Below, in pieces: positions 17,762 to 28,658 of a stretch of DNA of 64,000 nucleotides (its first letter is position 1; every line of letters starts with the position of its first letter). The notes under the pieces were generated by a model, which did not search any database, had not been told where the DNA came from, and saw nothing but the letters and a program-made list of their open reading frames with translations. Source of the stretch: Bacteroidia bacterium (GTDB lineage: Bacteria; Bacteroidota; Bacteroidia; AKYH767-A; OLB10). Position numbers and translations under genes: made by a program. The stretch is taken from assembly GCA_046330075.1 (NCBI GenBank), contig JAXLTL010000001.1, forward strand, positions 930,341 through 994,340, written 5' to 3'.

Positions 17762-18427
17762 ATGAAAAAAACAATGTTATTCGCCGGCATTCTTGCCGCA
17801 TCATCTTTGTTTGTGACCAGTTGCAGCAAGGATGATACTGAAGCACCTTTGATTACCCTTATCGGAGACAATCCTCATGAAATCGACATGTTCGATACAT
17901 ACACTGATCCGGGTGCTACTGCTGAAGACAATGAAGACGGAAATCTTTCCAGCTCTATCACAGTTGACGCTTCTGACGTGGACAACACTATGCCTGGCCA
18001 TTATGAAGTTTATTATTCTGTATCAGATGCAGCAGGCAATACCGGTACCGCAACCCGCGAAGTGCATGTACATGCTACTGCAGCTGCAATGGCTGATACA
18101 TATAACGTGTTCGATACGTGTGGAACAGGTGCCGCAGCACAGGCTTTTTCTTATACGCAAACCGTAACTGCTGTTAATGCTACCACTATGGGTTTCAATA
18201 AATTTGCTGATTACTCCGGCAATACCGGCATTACTACTACCATTGATGAAGAAGGTGTTATCACCCTTGCTTCTCAACCAGCACTCGATATCGGCAGCTC
18301 ACTGGATGACCATACATTCAGCGGAACAGGTTCAGTTACTGCAAATGGTTTTAAATTAAGTTATAATGATCAAAATATTACGACCTCTTCCATCGCACAA
18401 TGCCGCGCTTGGTTTGTTCGTCAATAA
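17762..18427 (+). CDS. lipoprotein with an Ig-like (DUF5011-type) domain
   Basis: MKKTMLFAGILAASSLFVTSC lipobox. ITLIGDNPHEIDMFDTYTDPGATAEDNEDGNLSSSITV..YEVYYSVSDAAGNTGTATREVHV resembles bacterial Ig-like HYR/DUF5011 domains. Confidence 0.5.
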   Translation: MKKTMLFAGILAASSLFVTSCSKDDTEAPLITLIGDNPHEIDMFDTYTDPGATAEDNEDGNLSSSITVDASDVDNTMPGHYEVYYSVSDAAGNTGTATREVHVHATAAAMADTYNVFDTCGTGAAAQAFSYTQTVTAVNATTMGFNKFADYSGNTGITTTIDEEGVITLASQPALDIGSSLDDHTFSGTGSVTANGFKLSYNDQNITTSSIAQCRAWFVRQ

Positions 18428-18445
18428 TTTGATGCTGAATACATT

Positions 18446-18480
18446 AAAAAGGCTGTCGTGACGACAGCCTTTTTTGTTTT
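18446..18480 (+). terminator. rho-independent terminator (AAAAAGGCTGTCGTGACGACAGCCTTTTTTGTTTT)
   Basis: Perfect 10-bp stem plus a T-tract. Confidence 0.8.
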
Positions 18481-18532
18481 CGTCCGTTTCAACCGTCCGC
18501 ATTGCACCTGAAATATCCCTATTTTTGAAGCC

Positions 18533-20455
18533 ATGTCATCTTTAACCGGCTTCCACTATCGGCTGTTGTTTCGACGGATCGTGGCTGCACTTTTAATTTT
18601 TATGCTGGGGCGATTGATTTTCGTGTGGATGAACCCTTCCACCTATACAGGAAGTTTCATTGAAATCTTAACAGCATCCTTGCGGTATGACCTTACCGCT
18701 GTTTCCATCCTACTGATTCCGGTAGTATTGTTACACCTCTTTCCTTTAAAAATAAACAACCATCCCGTTTGGCAAGGTGCCATTTCTACATATCTTATTT
18801 TAATACTGTCCCTGTCTTCACTGTTAAACTGTATCGACGCTGCCTGGTTTGAATACACACAGAAGCGTACCGGATTTGACTTCTTCGCACTGATCACCAC
18901 CGGCGATGATGTTGGAAACAATATCGGAACCTATATCATCGATTTCTGGTATGTTGCCCTGTTCTGGATAGGTCTTGTTGGGCTGCTTGTTCGTACCGAA
19001 ACGATGAATCGCCGCCGGGTGACTGAGTACGCAAAGTCGCCATTTACAACTGCTTCTCCTCTCGTGAAAATTTCAGGTTTACTGGTGCTGATTGCTTTGA
19101 ATGTTATTGGATTTCGCGGCGGACTCCAGCTCAAGCCTCTTTCGTTGCAGGCCGCAGCCCGAATGGTGCCCCCGGCTTCCATTCCACTCGTGCTGAACAC
19201 CCCGTATTCTATCATTAAAACAATGGGGCGTGAATCGCTGACAGATCCACATTATATGACGCCTGCTGAAGCTGAAATTATTTTCGCATCCCATCAGCAC
19301 CTGACTGCCGCTGACACAGTCACAAAGAAAAATATCGTGGTCATCGTGCTGGAAAGTTTTTCGCACGATTATATCAGCTACTATCATCCTGAAAAAAACA
19401 CCACTCCTTTTTTTGATTCACTGATGCGGCATGCGGAGTGCTGGCCGAATACGTTTGCCAATGCCAAACGATCCATTGAAGGAATACCGGCCATTGTTGC
19501 TTCCTTGCCGAATCTGATGGATATGGCCTTTATCAATTCAGCATACAACGTTACCCGCATAAACAGCCTGGCTTCCCTGCTGAAACCTAACGGCTATACC
19601 GCCGGATTTTTTCACGGAGGAAACAACGGCACCATGGGATTCGACAATTTCTCACGGCTATGCGGATACGAAAAATACTATGGCCGCAATGAATATACCG
19701 GTCCGGGAACCGATTATGATGGCCAATGGGGCATCAGTGATCACGCATTTTATCATTTCATGACCGGCGAACTGAATCAATGGAAGGAACCCTTTACAGC
19801 TACCTTCTTTTCGCTCTCTTCTCATCACCCTTATTTCATTCCTCCGGCGTTCCGTCAACTGATTCCTGCTGCGCTGAGTCCTGTAGAAAAAGGCATCTGC
19901 TACGCCGACCTTTCTCTTCGCCTGTTCTTCCGCGAAGCAGCACAACAACCGTGGTACAAAAACACTATATTCATTATTACAGCTGATCATGCGGGACCTT
20001 CAGCTACCGCTTACACCTCCGGAAAAACAGGAGCTTTTCATATCCCCCTGGTAATCGTTCAACCTTCAGATTCATCTCACCACATCCACGAAGAAACCGC
20101 ACAGCAAACAGATGTGCTTCCCACCGCCCTTGCTCTGGCCGGTTATTCAGGCGCCTATACTGCTTTTGGCCGGAATCTGCTGGCAGCAGGTGATGGTTGG
20201 TCGGTGAATTATTCGAATAATGCATGGAGCATCATCAATGATCGCTTTCTGGTAATGTTCGACGGGAACAGTATCTCACATGTTTATGAGCGCTCCGACC
20301 TGCTGCAGGAACACGATCTTACCGCTCAACATCTCAACGACCCTGAGGTCAGAAAACTCGAACGGTTACTCAAATCCGTTCTGCAGCAATATACCAACGG
20401 ACTCATCCATAATTCAATCGTACCGGCTGATGAAAAAACTGCGCATACTGATTAA
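18533..20455 (+). CDS. LTA synthase family / sulfatase-like membrane protein (phosphoglycerol or phosphoethanolamine transferase type)
   Basis: N-terminal multi-TM region, then an alkaline-phosphatase-superfamily core (VVIVLESFSHDY, ...ITADHAGP). Confidence 0.7.
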   Translation: MSSLTGFHYRLLFRRIVAALLIFMLGRLIFVWMNPSTYTGSFIEILTASLRYDLTAVSILLIPVVLLHLFPLKINNHPVWQGAISTYLILILSLSSLLNCIDAAWFEYTQKRTGFDFFALITTGDDVGNNIGTYIIDFWYVALFWIGLVGLLVRTETMNRRRVTEYAKSPFTTASPLVKISGLLVLIALNVIGFRGGLQLKPLSLQAAARMVPPASIPLVLNTPYSIIKTMGRESLTDPHYMTPAEAEIIFASHQHLTAADTVTKKNIVVIVLESFSHDYISYYHPEKNTTPFFDSLMRHAECWPNTFANAKRSIEGIPAIVASLPNLMDMAFINSAYNVTRINSLASLLKPNGYTAGFFHGGNNGTMGFDNFSRLCGYEKYYGRNEYTGPGTDYDGQWGISDHAFYHFMTGELNQWKEPFTATFFSLSSHHPYFIPPAFRQLIPAALSPVEKGICYADLSLRLFFREAAQQPWYKNTIFIITADHAGPSATAYTSGKTGAFHIPLVIVQPSDSSHHIHEETAQQTDVLPTALALAGYSGAYTAFGRNLLAAGDGWSVNYSNNAWSIINDRFLVMFDGNSISHVYERSDLLQEHDLTAQHLNDPEVRKLERLLKSVLQQYTNGLIHNSIVPADEKTAHTD

Positions 20456-21314
20456 TCCGATCGCAGGTCACGGATTTGCCCCTCGCATCGCCGCATTAGT
20501 GGATAAGTCTGTCCTGCGCCGGCACTATGAAGTAGAAGTTCAAACCACAGAATATGCAGGCCATGCGGCTGAACTGGCAGCAGATGCAGTACAATCCGGT
20601 TTTGCAGGCGTGATTGCTGCCGGTGGAGACGGAACGGTAAATGAAGTAGCCTCGCAATTGATACATACCAATACTGCGCTCGGTATCATTCCGGCAGGAT
20701 CAGGGAACGGACTTGCCCGTCATTTGGGTTATGCACTGAAATATCCGGAAACGCTCTCACAGATTGCACATGCTTCTCTTCAGAAAATCGATGCACTGAA
20801 CATAAACGGACGTTTTGCAGTCAATGTCAGCGGATTCGGTTTCGATGGTCTGGTAGCCTGGCGATTCAACCACGAAGGAAAAAGAGGCTTAAGCAATTAT
20901 ACCCGGATCGGGATGTCGGAATACTTTAAATATCCGGTTGTAAAGTTTCAGATTGAGGCAGATGGAAGAACGTTTGAAAAAGCAGCTCATATGCTTGTTA
21001 TTGCCAATGCCAGCCAGTTTGGAAATGCAGCCGTCATCGCACCCAATGCGCGTCTGGATGATGGACTCATCGATCTGGTGATGGTACACCGTCCTCCGTT
21101 CTGGCAACTGCCCGGATTGTTTTTCAGGCTCTTCAATGGAAATCTCCGGGACAACCAGTATATCCATACCTTACAATGCAGAAAATTCACAGCTCGCAGC
21201 AATCGTCCGATCCATCTGCATATTGATGGTGAAGCACATAAAGAAATCTCAGAAATTCAGGTAGAAATAATACCTTCCTCTTTAATGGTTTTTAATCCCA
21301 CATCAAAAACATGA
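20430..21314 (+). CDS. diacylglycerol kinase family lipid kinase (YegS/DgkA catalytic domain)
   Basis: MKKLRILINPIAGHG..., and AAGGDGTVNEV ATP-binding motif. Overlaps the upstream gene by 26 nt. Confidence 0.75.
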   Translation: MKKLRILINPIAGHGFAPRIAALVDKSVLRRHYEVEVQTTEYAGHAAELAADAVQSGFAGVIAAGGDGTVNEVASQLIHTNTALGIIPAGSGNGLARHLGYALKYPETLSQIAHASLQKIDALNINGRFAVNVSGFGFDGLVAWRFNHEGKRGLSNYTRIGMSEYFKYPVVKFQIEADGRTFEKAAHMLVIANASQFGNAAVIAPNARLDDGLIDLVMVHRPPFWQLPGLFFRLFNGNLRDNQYIHTLQCRKFTARSNRPIHLHIDGEAHKEISEIQVEIIPSSLMVFNPTSKT

Positions 21315-21895
21315 ACAAACTCGACGCCGCCTTCTGGCAAAGCAGATATACCGAAGGCTCCACCGGATGGGATATCGGATACCCTTCGCCCCCGTTAAAA
21401 AAACACATAGACGCATTGCCTGACCGTACCATCAAAGTGCTGATTCCGGGCTGCGGAAATGCATATGAAGCGGGATACATGTACGAACAAGGTTTTAGCA
21501 ATGTCTATATCATCGACATTGCCCCGGCTCCCATCGAACAGTTTAAAGCAAAGTTTCCCGGCTTCCCCTCCGACCATATACTGCTTGGCGATTTTTTTCA
21601 GCTGAACCAATCATTCGATCTCGTCCTCGAACAAACCTTCTTCTGCGCACTTGATCCTTCTATGCGGGAAGATTATGTGAAAAAAATGGCCGAAATCATC
21701 AAACCCAGCGGAAAACTGGCCGGACTACTCTTTTCAGTGGAATTCGAAAAACAAGGCCCGCCCTTCGGTGGCTCAAAGCAAGAGTACCTGGAATTATTCA
21801 ACAAACACTTCAATATCAACAAATTGGAAGACGAAACCAACTCAATTCCACCCCGGGCAGGAAACGAGGTGTTCATAGAATTCATCAGGCCTTAA
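21311..21895 (+). CDS. SAM-dependent methyltransferase, thiopurine S-methyltransferase (TPMT)-like
   Basis: WQSRYTEGSTGWDIG, LKKHIDAL, VLIPGCGNAYE match the TPMT family N-terminus and SAM-binding motif I. Confidence 0.65.
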   Translation: MNKLDAAFWQSRYTEGSTGWDIGYPSPPLKKHIDALPDRTIKVLIPGCGNAYEAGYMYEQGFSNVYIIDIAPAPIEQFKAKFPGFPSDHILLGDFFQLNQSFDLVLEQTFFCALDPSMREDYVKKMAEIIKPSGKLAGLLFSVEFEKQGPPFGGSKQEYLELFNKHFNINKLEDETNSIPPRAGNEVFIEFIRP

Positions 21896-21922
21896 GGCGG
21901 TATTCGCTATTTTTGCCGCCGC

Positions 21923-22468
21923 ATGCGGATCTTGTTATTCATATTGACCAGTTTGGTGGCCTTTGTGGCTCAGGCTCAAGACAGTCTGCAGAAGGAAAAC
22001 GACCTGCTCACGGGGTACAAAGTTTCCTGGCTCGAGCAGGAATTGGGGATTCCCCTTTCAGAAGATGGGAACCTGATGCTATATGATACCATCGCCAGCT
22101 GGCTTGGAACTCCGTATCGCTTTGCAGGAAGTTGCGAAAAAGGTATTGACTGTTCCGGTTTTGTGAATGTGCTGTTCGACCGTGTTTACGGAAAACGACT
22201 GGGTGCCAGAAATTCTGCAGAGATCTACAATTCCATCTATAAACTTGATCGTTCTGAACTTCAGGAAGGCGATCTTGTTTTCTTTCGTATTTACCGCCAT
22301 CGGATTTCACACGTAGGACTTTATCTCGGAAACAATAAATTTGTTCACGCCAGTACATCACGCGGAGTCATCATCAGCGACCTCGACGAACCTTATTACC
22401 GCAGGTACTTCGCCGGTGCGGGAAGATATAAGGCAGATGCATTGAGTGAGACCCCCACTAATCCCTGA
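21923..22468 (+). CDS. NlpC/P60 family (C40) cell-wall peptidase
   Basis: Catalytic Cys in IDCSGFVNVLF. His in HVGLYLGNNKFVHAS. Signal peptide present. Confidence 0.8.
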   Translation: MRILLFILTSLVAFVAQAQDSLQKENDLLTGYKVSWLEQELGIPLSEDGNLMLYDTIASWLGTPYRFAGSCEKGIDCSGFVNVLFDRVYGKRLGARNSAEIYNSIYKLDRSELQEGDLVFFRIYRHRISHVGLYLGNNKFVHASTSRGVIISDLDEPYYRRYFAGAGRYKADALSETPTNP

Positions 22469-22470
22469 GT

Positions 22471-22977
22471 ATGACAGCGTCGGCTACCTTATTGCTAAAC
22501 AGTTTGCAGATTCAGCAACGGATCGACCGGCTGGCCTGTCAGATTTACGAAGACAATTTTGACCAGTCAGCCTTACTGATTGCCGGTATTGCCAATAGCG
22601 GATATGTGTTCGCCGAACGGCTTTGTGCTGCACTCGAAAAAATCTGCCCGGTTCCGACTTCGCTCATCCGACTGGAGATGGACAAAGAAGAACCAACACG
22701 AATTACCATCTCCCCGAATATCACCAGAGAAGAATTAAAGGATAAAGTAGTGATTGTGGTAGATGATGTATTAAATTCCGGCAAAACCCTGATTTATAGT
22801 CTGCGTCCTTTTCTGGATGCCGATATGCGCAAAATCCGCACAGTATTATTGGTAGACCGCGACCATAAACGCTATCCCGTTGAGGCTGACTTTGTAGGGA
22901 TCACCCTGAGCACCACCTTACAGGAACATATCCGTGTTGACCTAACTCCCGGCCATGAAGCGGTGTATCTGGATTAA
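22471..22977 (+). CDS. phosphoribosyltransferase family protein (PyrR-like)
   Basis: PRPP-binding motif VVIVVDDVLNSGKT. 168 aa. Confidence 0.6.
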   Translation: MTASATLLLNSLQIQQRIDRLACQIYEDNFDQSALLIAGIANSGYVFAERLCAALEKICPVPTSLIRLEMDKEEPTRITISPNITREELKDKVVIVVDDVLNSGKTLIYSLRPFLDADMRKIRTVLLVDRDHKRYPVEADFVGITLSTTLQEHIRVDLTPGHEAVYLD

Positions 22978-23060
22978 CAATCCCGTTAAGGATTGGTTAA
23001 ATTCAAACGATTTTCATGGCAGATACGTTTAATTTGTGCTCGCGTAATTCACTTCGTGAT

Positions 23061-24923
23061 ATGATGAATAAAAAATGGTCTGTTCCCGGCTTTTTGGCGT
23101 TGTTGGGAATTCTATTGCTGCAAGCAGTTACCGGGTGGGCTCAGTCGCCCTTTTTAGCCGGTACCGCCAATAAAACGACAGTAGCGCTGGGTGAACAGTT
23201 TCAGATTTCCTTTACCCTGAATACCGGTGGCCGTTCTTTTCAAGGTCCCGACCTGAAAGACTTTGTTGTACTGTCGGGTCCGAATCAGAGTACCAACATG
23301 CAGTTTATCAATGGCAATATTTCGCAGTCCATCAGTTTTACATATTACCTCCAGCCCAGAAACACCGGCAACTATAAAATTGGTCCGGCCAGTATTGAAG
23401 TGGAAGGAAAACGGATAGCCTCTAACGTTATACAGATTAATGTGGTGAAGGGGAATCCGCAGGCGCAGGGAGGACAACAGGGACAAGGTCAGCAGGGGAA
23501 CCGCCAACAGCAAAACAATTCAGGTGGCCTCACTGACAAAAACATTTTTGCCAGAGCCATCGTCAATAAAAGTTCGGTATTAAAGGGAGAAAGCCTGCTG
23601 CTCACTTTTAAATTATATGCAAACGTCAACATCACCGACTTCGCCATTCCGAAAATGCCATCGATGGATGGTTTCTGGAACCAGGAAATTCAACTACCGC
23701 AAAATCTGGAGCGAACGGTAGAGATTGTTGACGGGCAGCGTTACACGGTGTGGGAAATCAAAAAACTCGTATTGTTTCCCCAGCAAACCGGCGTACTTAC
23801 CATTGATCCCATGGAGCTCGAATGTCTCGCCCGGATTAAAGTACAACGGCAGGCCAGCAACGATCCATTCGGTTTTTTCAGCGATCCGTTTTTTGGAATG
23901 GGCAGTGTACAGGATGTAAAATATGCATTCAAAAGTCAGCCCGTAAAAGTCACCGTACGTGATCTTCCGCCCAATGCGCCAACCGGTTTCAGCGGAGCTG
24001 TTGGAAACATTAATTTTGACGCTACCGTTGACCGCACCGAAACGAAAGCCAACGAACCGGTTACACTGAAAATAAAAATCAGTGGTAACGGAAACCTTAA
24101 ACTCGCTGATGTTGAGACGCCGGAGCTGCCGCCCGATCTCGAAACCTATGAACCCAAAATCGGAGAGAACTACAAAGCCTCGGAATCAGGAGTCAACGGT
24201 TCAAAATCTTTCGAATACCTGATCATTCCCCGCCATGAAGGCGACTATGAAATTCCTGCCATCAACTTTTGTTATTACAACCTCAGCAAAAAGCAATACG
24301 TTTCCAAACAAGCCGGTCCTTTTCACATCAAAGTAGGAAAAGGAACCTCCGGCAGCAGTGCAGGAATCTCCGCCGGTCCGGGAGAAAAAAGTGAATTCAA
24401 ACTCATCTGCAGCGATATCCGGTACATTAAAACGGGTACTCCCGACTTTGAATCAGTTGACGGACTCCGTTACGGAACACCGGCCTATTATGCCTTGGCA
24501 CTCTTGCCTTTTCTGATTTTCGGTGGAATGGCCTCCTGGGTTAGGTATAAAAACAAATCGATGGGCAATGCTGCTGCACTTCGGGTCAAGAATGCAACAG
24601 GTGTGGCAAAAAAACGCCTGGCGACAGCAAAAAAACTGATGGGCGGAGATGAACAAAAAGTGTTTGAAGAAATACACAGAGCTGTTTGGGGATACCTCGG
24701 AGATAAATTTGCGATCCCTACGGCACAACTTTCCAAAGAATATGCCGGCAGCATACTGGCAGAAAAAAACATACGGCCGGAACTTATTGACGATATTCTG
24801 AAGTCAATCGACCAATGTGATCTTGCCCGTTATGGCGGCGCCTTTGCAGGGATTAAAGCGGACGATCTGTACAGAAATACGGAACGCATCATCACAGCCA
24901 TCGAAGAGGAGGTAAAAGCATGA
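23061..24923 (+). CDS. BatD-like aerotolerance operon protein
   Basis: Signal peptide, ~600-aa extracytoplasmic region, a Gln/Gly-rich linker and a C-terminal TM helix (YYALALLPFLIFGGMASWV), as in BatD. Confidence 0.6.
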   Translation: MMNKKWSVPGFLALLGILLLQAVTGWAQSPFLAGTANKTTVALGEQFQISFTLNTGGRSFQGPDLKDFVVLSGPNQSTNMQFINGNISQSISFTYYLQPRNTGNYKIGPASIEVEGKRIASNVIQINVVKGNPQAQGGQQGQGQQGNRQQQNNSGGLTDKNIFARAIVNKSSVLKGESLLLTFKLYANVNITDFAIPKMPSMDGFWNQEIQLPQNLERTVEIVDGQRYTVWEIKKLVLFPQQTGVLTIDPMELECLARIKVQRQASNDPFGFFSDPFFGMGSVQDVKYAFKSQPVKVTVRDLPPNAPTGFSGAVGNINFDATVDRTETKANEPVTLKIKISGNGNLKLADVETPELPPDLETYEPKIGENYKASESGVNGSKSFEYLIIPRHEGDYEIPAINFCYYNLSKKQYVSKQAGPFHIKVGKGTSGSSAGISAGPGEKSEFKLICSDIRYIKTGTPDFESVDGLRYGTPAYYALALLPFLIFGGMASWVRYKNKSMGNAAALRVKNATGVAKKRLATAKKLMGGDEQKVFEEIHRAVWGYLGDKFAIPTAQLSKEYAGSILAEKNIRPELIDDILKSIDQCDLARYGGAFAGIKADDLYRNTERIITAIEEEVKA

Positions 24924-25678
24924 AAAAGCAACTGAACGTTTTGCTGCTCTTTATCATACTCTGCCACACAGCGGGAGCAGTAGGTGTATCTGAACGATAT
25001 GAAGCTGCGAATAAATTATATCGCGGGAAAAATTATCAGGAAGCAGCGCAGCAATATGAAACACTGATTAAAGAAGGTGCCGTATCGCCGGAAGTTTATT
25101 TTAATCTCGGCAATGCATACTATAAGTCGGGCATCGTTTCCAAAGCTATTCTGAATTATGAACGCGCGAAGATACTCGACCCATCTGACGAAGACATTCA
25201 GTTTAACCTCCGACTTGCTTACTCAGGAACGGTAGATAAAATTGAACCGATTCCATTGCTTTTTTATCAGCGGTGGTGGCTGTCCTTTTTGCATATTACG
25301 AGCCCTTCCGGCTGGAGCTGGGCTTCTATCCTCTGCATCTGGCTCACGCTCGTCATTGCCATTTACTATCTCTTCGCCCCCACTCCCAATGCCAAACGAA
25401 ATTCCTTTCTGGCTGCATTCACTTTTTTACTGATCAGTCTGACCGGATTTTTTATCAGCTATGCCGCAGAACATGCGCTGAATGCAAAGAACAGCGCTGT
25501 GGTGATGGAATCAACAGCGTACATCAAGAGTTCACCAGACGACAAAAGCACCAATCTTTTCCTGTTGCACGAAGGTACCAAGGTAGAAGTGCTGAAAGAA
25601 GCCGATGGCTGGAAGCAGATCCGTATCGCCAACGGCAACGTAGGCTGGGTGCAGGAAAGTCAGCTGGAGATGATTTGA
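24920..25678 (+). CDS. TPR-repeat plus C-terminal SH3b domain protein (BatE-like)
   Basis: TPR motifs (YFNLGNAYYKSG). Central TM helices. C-terminal GWKQIRIANGNVGWVQESQL resembles SH3_3. The start overlaps the batD-like stop. Confidence 0.6.
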   Translation: MKKQLNVLLLFIILCHTAGAVGVSERYEAANKLYRGKNYQEAAQQYETLIKEGAVSPEVYFNLGNAYYKSGIVSKAILNYERAKILDPSDEDIQFNLRLAYSGTVDKIEPIPLLFYQRWWLSFLHITSPSGWSWASILCIWLTLVIAIYYLFAPTPNAKRNSFLAAFTFLLISLTGFFISYAAEHALNAKNSAVVMESTAYIKSSPDDKSTNLFLLHEGTKVEVLKEADGWKQIRIANGNVGWVQESQLEMI

Positions 25679-25684
25679 CAAGGC

Positions 25685-26203
25685 ATGAAGAAAATTTTAC
25701 TGCTGAGCGATACGCATGGTCATCTGGATGAATCTGTTATAAAGCACTGCCGCGAGGCTGATGAAATTTGGCATGCGGGTGATATCGGCAGCATTGAACT
25801 GACTGACACGCTGCAAAAAATAACCACAGTTCGTGCTGTGTACGGTAACATCGACAACCACACGACCCGGAACGTATGGCCTGAAAATAATTTTTTTATT
25901 TGCGAAGGCCTTCCTGTATTAATAACTCATATTGCAGGTTATCCCGGAAAATACTCCACCCGTGCGAAGGAACTCATCACAGCACATCGTCCGGGATTAT
26001 TTATCTGCGGACACAGTCATATGCTCAAGGTTATGAAAGATCAGAAGTACGGGCATCTCCACATGAATCCGGGAGCAGCCGGTATTCATGGATTTCATAT
26101 TATACGCACCATGATCCGTTTCCGGATAGAAAACGGAGTGATCAAAGAGCCGGAAGTTATTGAACTGGGTAAACGTGGCGCCTTACCGCAAACGGTCGGC
26201 TGA
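25685..26203 (+). CDS. metallophosphoesterase (YfcE-type)
   Basis: LLLSDTHGHLD, GDIG, GNID, ICGHSH motifs. Confidence 0.8.
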   Translation: MKKILLLSDTHGHLDESVIKHCREADEIWHAGDIGSIELTDTLQKITTVRAVYGNIDNHTTRNVWPENNFFICEGLPVLITHIAGYPGKYSTRAKELITAHRPGLFICGHSHMLKVMKDQKYGHLHMNPGAAGIHGFHIIRTMIRFRIENGVIKEPEVIELGKRGALPQTVG

Positions 26204-26665
26204 GCGCACCAGTGCTTCGTCTTTCTTGATTCCGCCTACCGCCATACGTACCAGCACAACCTGTATCACCGGCAACGCCGAATACAGATTGTAGGCAATC
26301 ATATGGGTAGAAGCAGCGCCCGAGCGCAAACGATCAACGTCAAGGGCAAACAACACAAGTAAAACCAGAATCATCAGCATCAGACCGTTTGCACACTTTA
26401 TCTGCAAGGGACGTTTTTTGTACTGAAGGATGGTATAAAAAGAAAAGGCAATGATCAGCGCATTCAACACCAGGGTTGGCCAATACCGCACATACAGATC
26501 AGAAGTACCATTCACCAGTGACTCCACCTGCAAGGCAGAAATATGGTAAATGACCGGCAATGCTCCGGCCTGGGAAGGCACCAGACTCACGAGGGGAAAA
26601 CAATAGAGCAATACACCGATAACGGCCACCAGCAAGAGATAGACGGACTGAATACGCTGAATCAT
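26183..26665 (-). CDS. small polytopic membrane protein (DUF4293-like, commonly rho-adjacent in Bacteroidota)
   Basis: Four predicted TM helices. The chosen start MIQRIQSVYLLLV is uncertain; the ORF extends to 26779. Confidence 0.4.
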   Translation of the reverse strand: MIQRIQSVYLLLVAVIGVLLYCFPLVSLVPSQAGALPVIYHISALQVESLVNGTSDLYVRYWPTLVLNALIIAFSFYTILQYKKRPLQIKCANGLMLMILVLLVLFALDVDRLRSGAASTHMIAYNLYSALPVIQVVLVRMAVGGIKKDEALVRSADRLR

Positions 26666-26915
26666 AGGATATCTTTCTGCAAAGATGAGCATTAGGCTGT
26701 TGATAAAAAACATTCGCGATAAAGCACAACATTTTTGCCCGATATCCGTAAATATTGTACTATTGCATTGTAATTGCACATTGCTGCAGTTTTTAAACCA
26801 TTTGAGAGTTCATCTCCCCGGCTAAATCCGCCGGAAATCCCTCCCAAAGCCCTTACGAACAAGCCTCACAATCAGGCTATTACGTTCTAATAATCACCCT
26901 ATAATCTTATTTTAA

Positions 26916-28649
26916 ATGTTTGACATCATTCAACTGAATGAAAAACATCTGCCGGAATTGAAAGATATTGCGCGCAAGATGAGTATTGAGAATTTTGACC
27001 ATCTGAAAAAGCAGGACCTCGTTTACAAGATCCTCGACCATCAGGCTCTCAATCCCGAAATCAATTTTGAAGCACTGGGCATCGAAATGCCCGAAAAGGC
27101 CGAACCTGTAAAGAAAACCCGAGCTGCATCAAAAACCCGGGAAAAAACACCGAAAACAGAAGCTGTTGCTGAAGAAAAACCAATAGCTGCTCCTGCCCCT
27201 GCCCCTGCAATGAGTGTTGCAACAACTGACAACGGTGATGGCGGCCGCCCTAAACGTCAGCGTATCATCCCGCAACGTCCCGAAGGAGAACCGGAGAAAC
27301 CAGCCGCTGTGGTTTATCAGCCACATTCTTTTGGCAATGAAAAACCGGCAAAGACAATTCAACGCGAACCGCAGGAAGAGATCAGAGCAGAACAACCTGC
27401 CGGCGAACCGGCTCCACGTCCTGCCGTTCAGGAGCAACCACGAATACCAGCCTATCCACAGCAACGGGAAATGCCACAGCGTGAGATGCCCAATCGCGAA
27501 CGCCGCATTGGCAATGCTGAGCCCGCATTTGATTTTGGCAATGCCATCGTAGCAGAAGGAGTACTGGAATTAATGCCGGAAGGTGTTGGATTCCTTCGCT
27601 CATCCGACTACAACTATCTGCCTTCTCCCGATGATATCATGGTAACCCCCGTACAGATCAAACAATATGGTCTGAAACCGGGAGATACCGTTAAATGTTC
27701 GGTAAGGCCTCCCCGTGAGGGCGAAAAATATTTTCCGCTGGTGCGCATCGAGCTCATCAACGGACTTGCTCCGGAAGTAGTGCGCGACCGTGTGCCCTTC
27801 GACTTCCTGACACCGCTTTTTGCCCACGAAAAGTTCAACCTGATTTACGGGATGGGAAATTACTCCACCCGTGTGATGGACATGTTCACACCGATTGGCA
27901 AAGGCCAGCGCGGTCTCATCGTTGCGCAGCCAAAAACGGGTAAAACTGTATTGCTGAAGGAAGTGGCCAATGCCATCGCCGCCAACCATCCTGAAGTGTA
28001 TCTGATCATCCTCCTCATCGACGAACGTCCGGAAGAGGTAACGGATATGGCCCGCAGCGTACGTGCAGAAGTAGTATCATCAACGTTCGATGAACCGGCT
28101 GACCGTCACGTGAAGATTGCCAATATCGTTCTTGAAAAAGCAAAACGACTTGTAGAATGCGGACACGATGTCTGCATCCTCCTCGACTCCATCACCCGTC
28201 TGGCCCGTGCCTACAATACCGTTGCTCCTGCATCCGGTAAAGTACTCTCCGGTGGTGTGGAAGCCAATGCACTCCAGAAACCAAAGCGTTTCTTCGGAGC
28301 AGCCCGTAAAATTGAAAACGGAGGTTCACTCACCATCCTCGCAACAGCATTGATTGATACCGGATCTAAAATGGACGAGGTGATCTTCGAGGAATTCAAA
28401 GGAACCGGTAACATGGAATTGCAACTCGACCGTAAGCTGGCCAACAAACGTATTTTCCCGGCTATCGATCTGGTTGCATCCAGTACCCGTCGTGATGATC
28501 TTCTGCTGGATCGGGAGATGTTGCAGAAGATGTGGATTCTCCGCAATCACCTCGCCGATATGAATCCGATGGAAGCGATGGAATTCCTCCTCGACCGCAT
28601 GAGGGGAACAAAATCGAACGAAGAGTTTCTGGTATCGATGAACTCATAA
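26916..28649 (+). CDS. rho: transcription termination factor Rho with a Bacteroidota-type N-terminal low-complexity insertion
   Basis: RNA-binding domain ([14 protein letters not shown]...) with cold-shock-like fold motifs. ATPase Walker A AQPKTGKT and Walker [16 protein letters not shown]-loop/Q-loop regions. About 150 aa of P/E/A-rich insertion after residue ~50. Confidence 0.9.
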   Translation: MFDIIQLNEKHLPELKDIARKMSIENFDHLKKQDLVYKILDHQALNPEINFEALGIEMPEKAEPVKKTRAASKTREKTPKTEAVAEEKPIAAPAPAPAMSVATTDNGDGGRPKRQRIIPQRPEGEPEKPAAVVYQPHSFGNEKPAKTIQREPQEEIRAEQPAGEPAPRPAVQEQPRIPAYPQQREMPQREMPNRERRIGNAEPAFDFGNAIVAEGVLELMPEGVGFLRSSDYNYLPSPDDIMVTPVQIKQYGLKPGDTVKCSVRPPREGEKYFPLVRIELINGLAPEVVRDRVPFDFLTPLFAHEKFNLIYGMGNYSTRVMDMFTPIGKGQRGLIVAQPKTGKTVLLKEVANAIAANHPEVYLIILLIDERPEEVTDMARSVRAEVVSSTFDEPADRHVKIANIVLEKAKRLVECGHDVCILLDSITRLARAYNTVAPASGKVLSGGVEANALQKPKRFFGAARKIENGGSLTILATALIDTGSKMDEVIFEEFKGTGNMELQLDRKLANKRIFPAIDLVASSTRRDDLLLDREMLQKMWILRNHLADMNPMEAMEFLLDRMRGTKSNEEFLVSMNS

Positions 28650-28658
28650 AAAAAAGGA

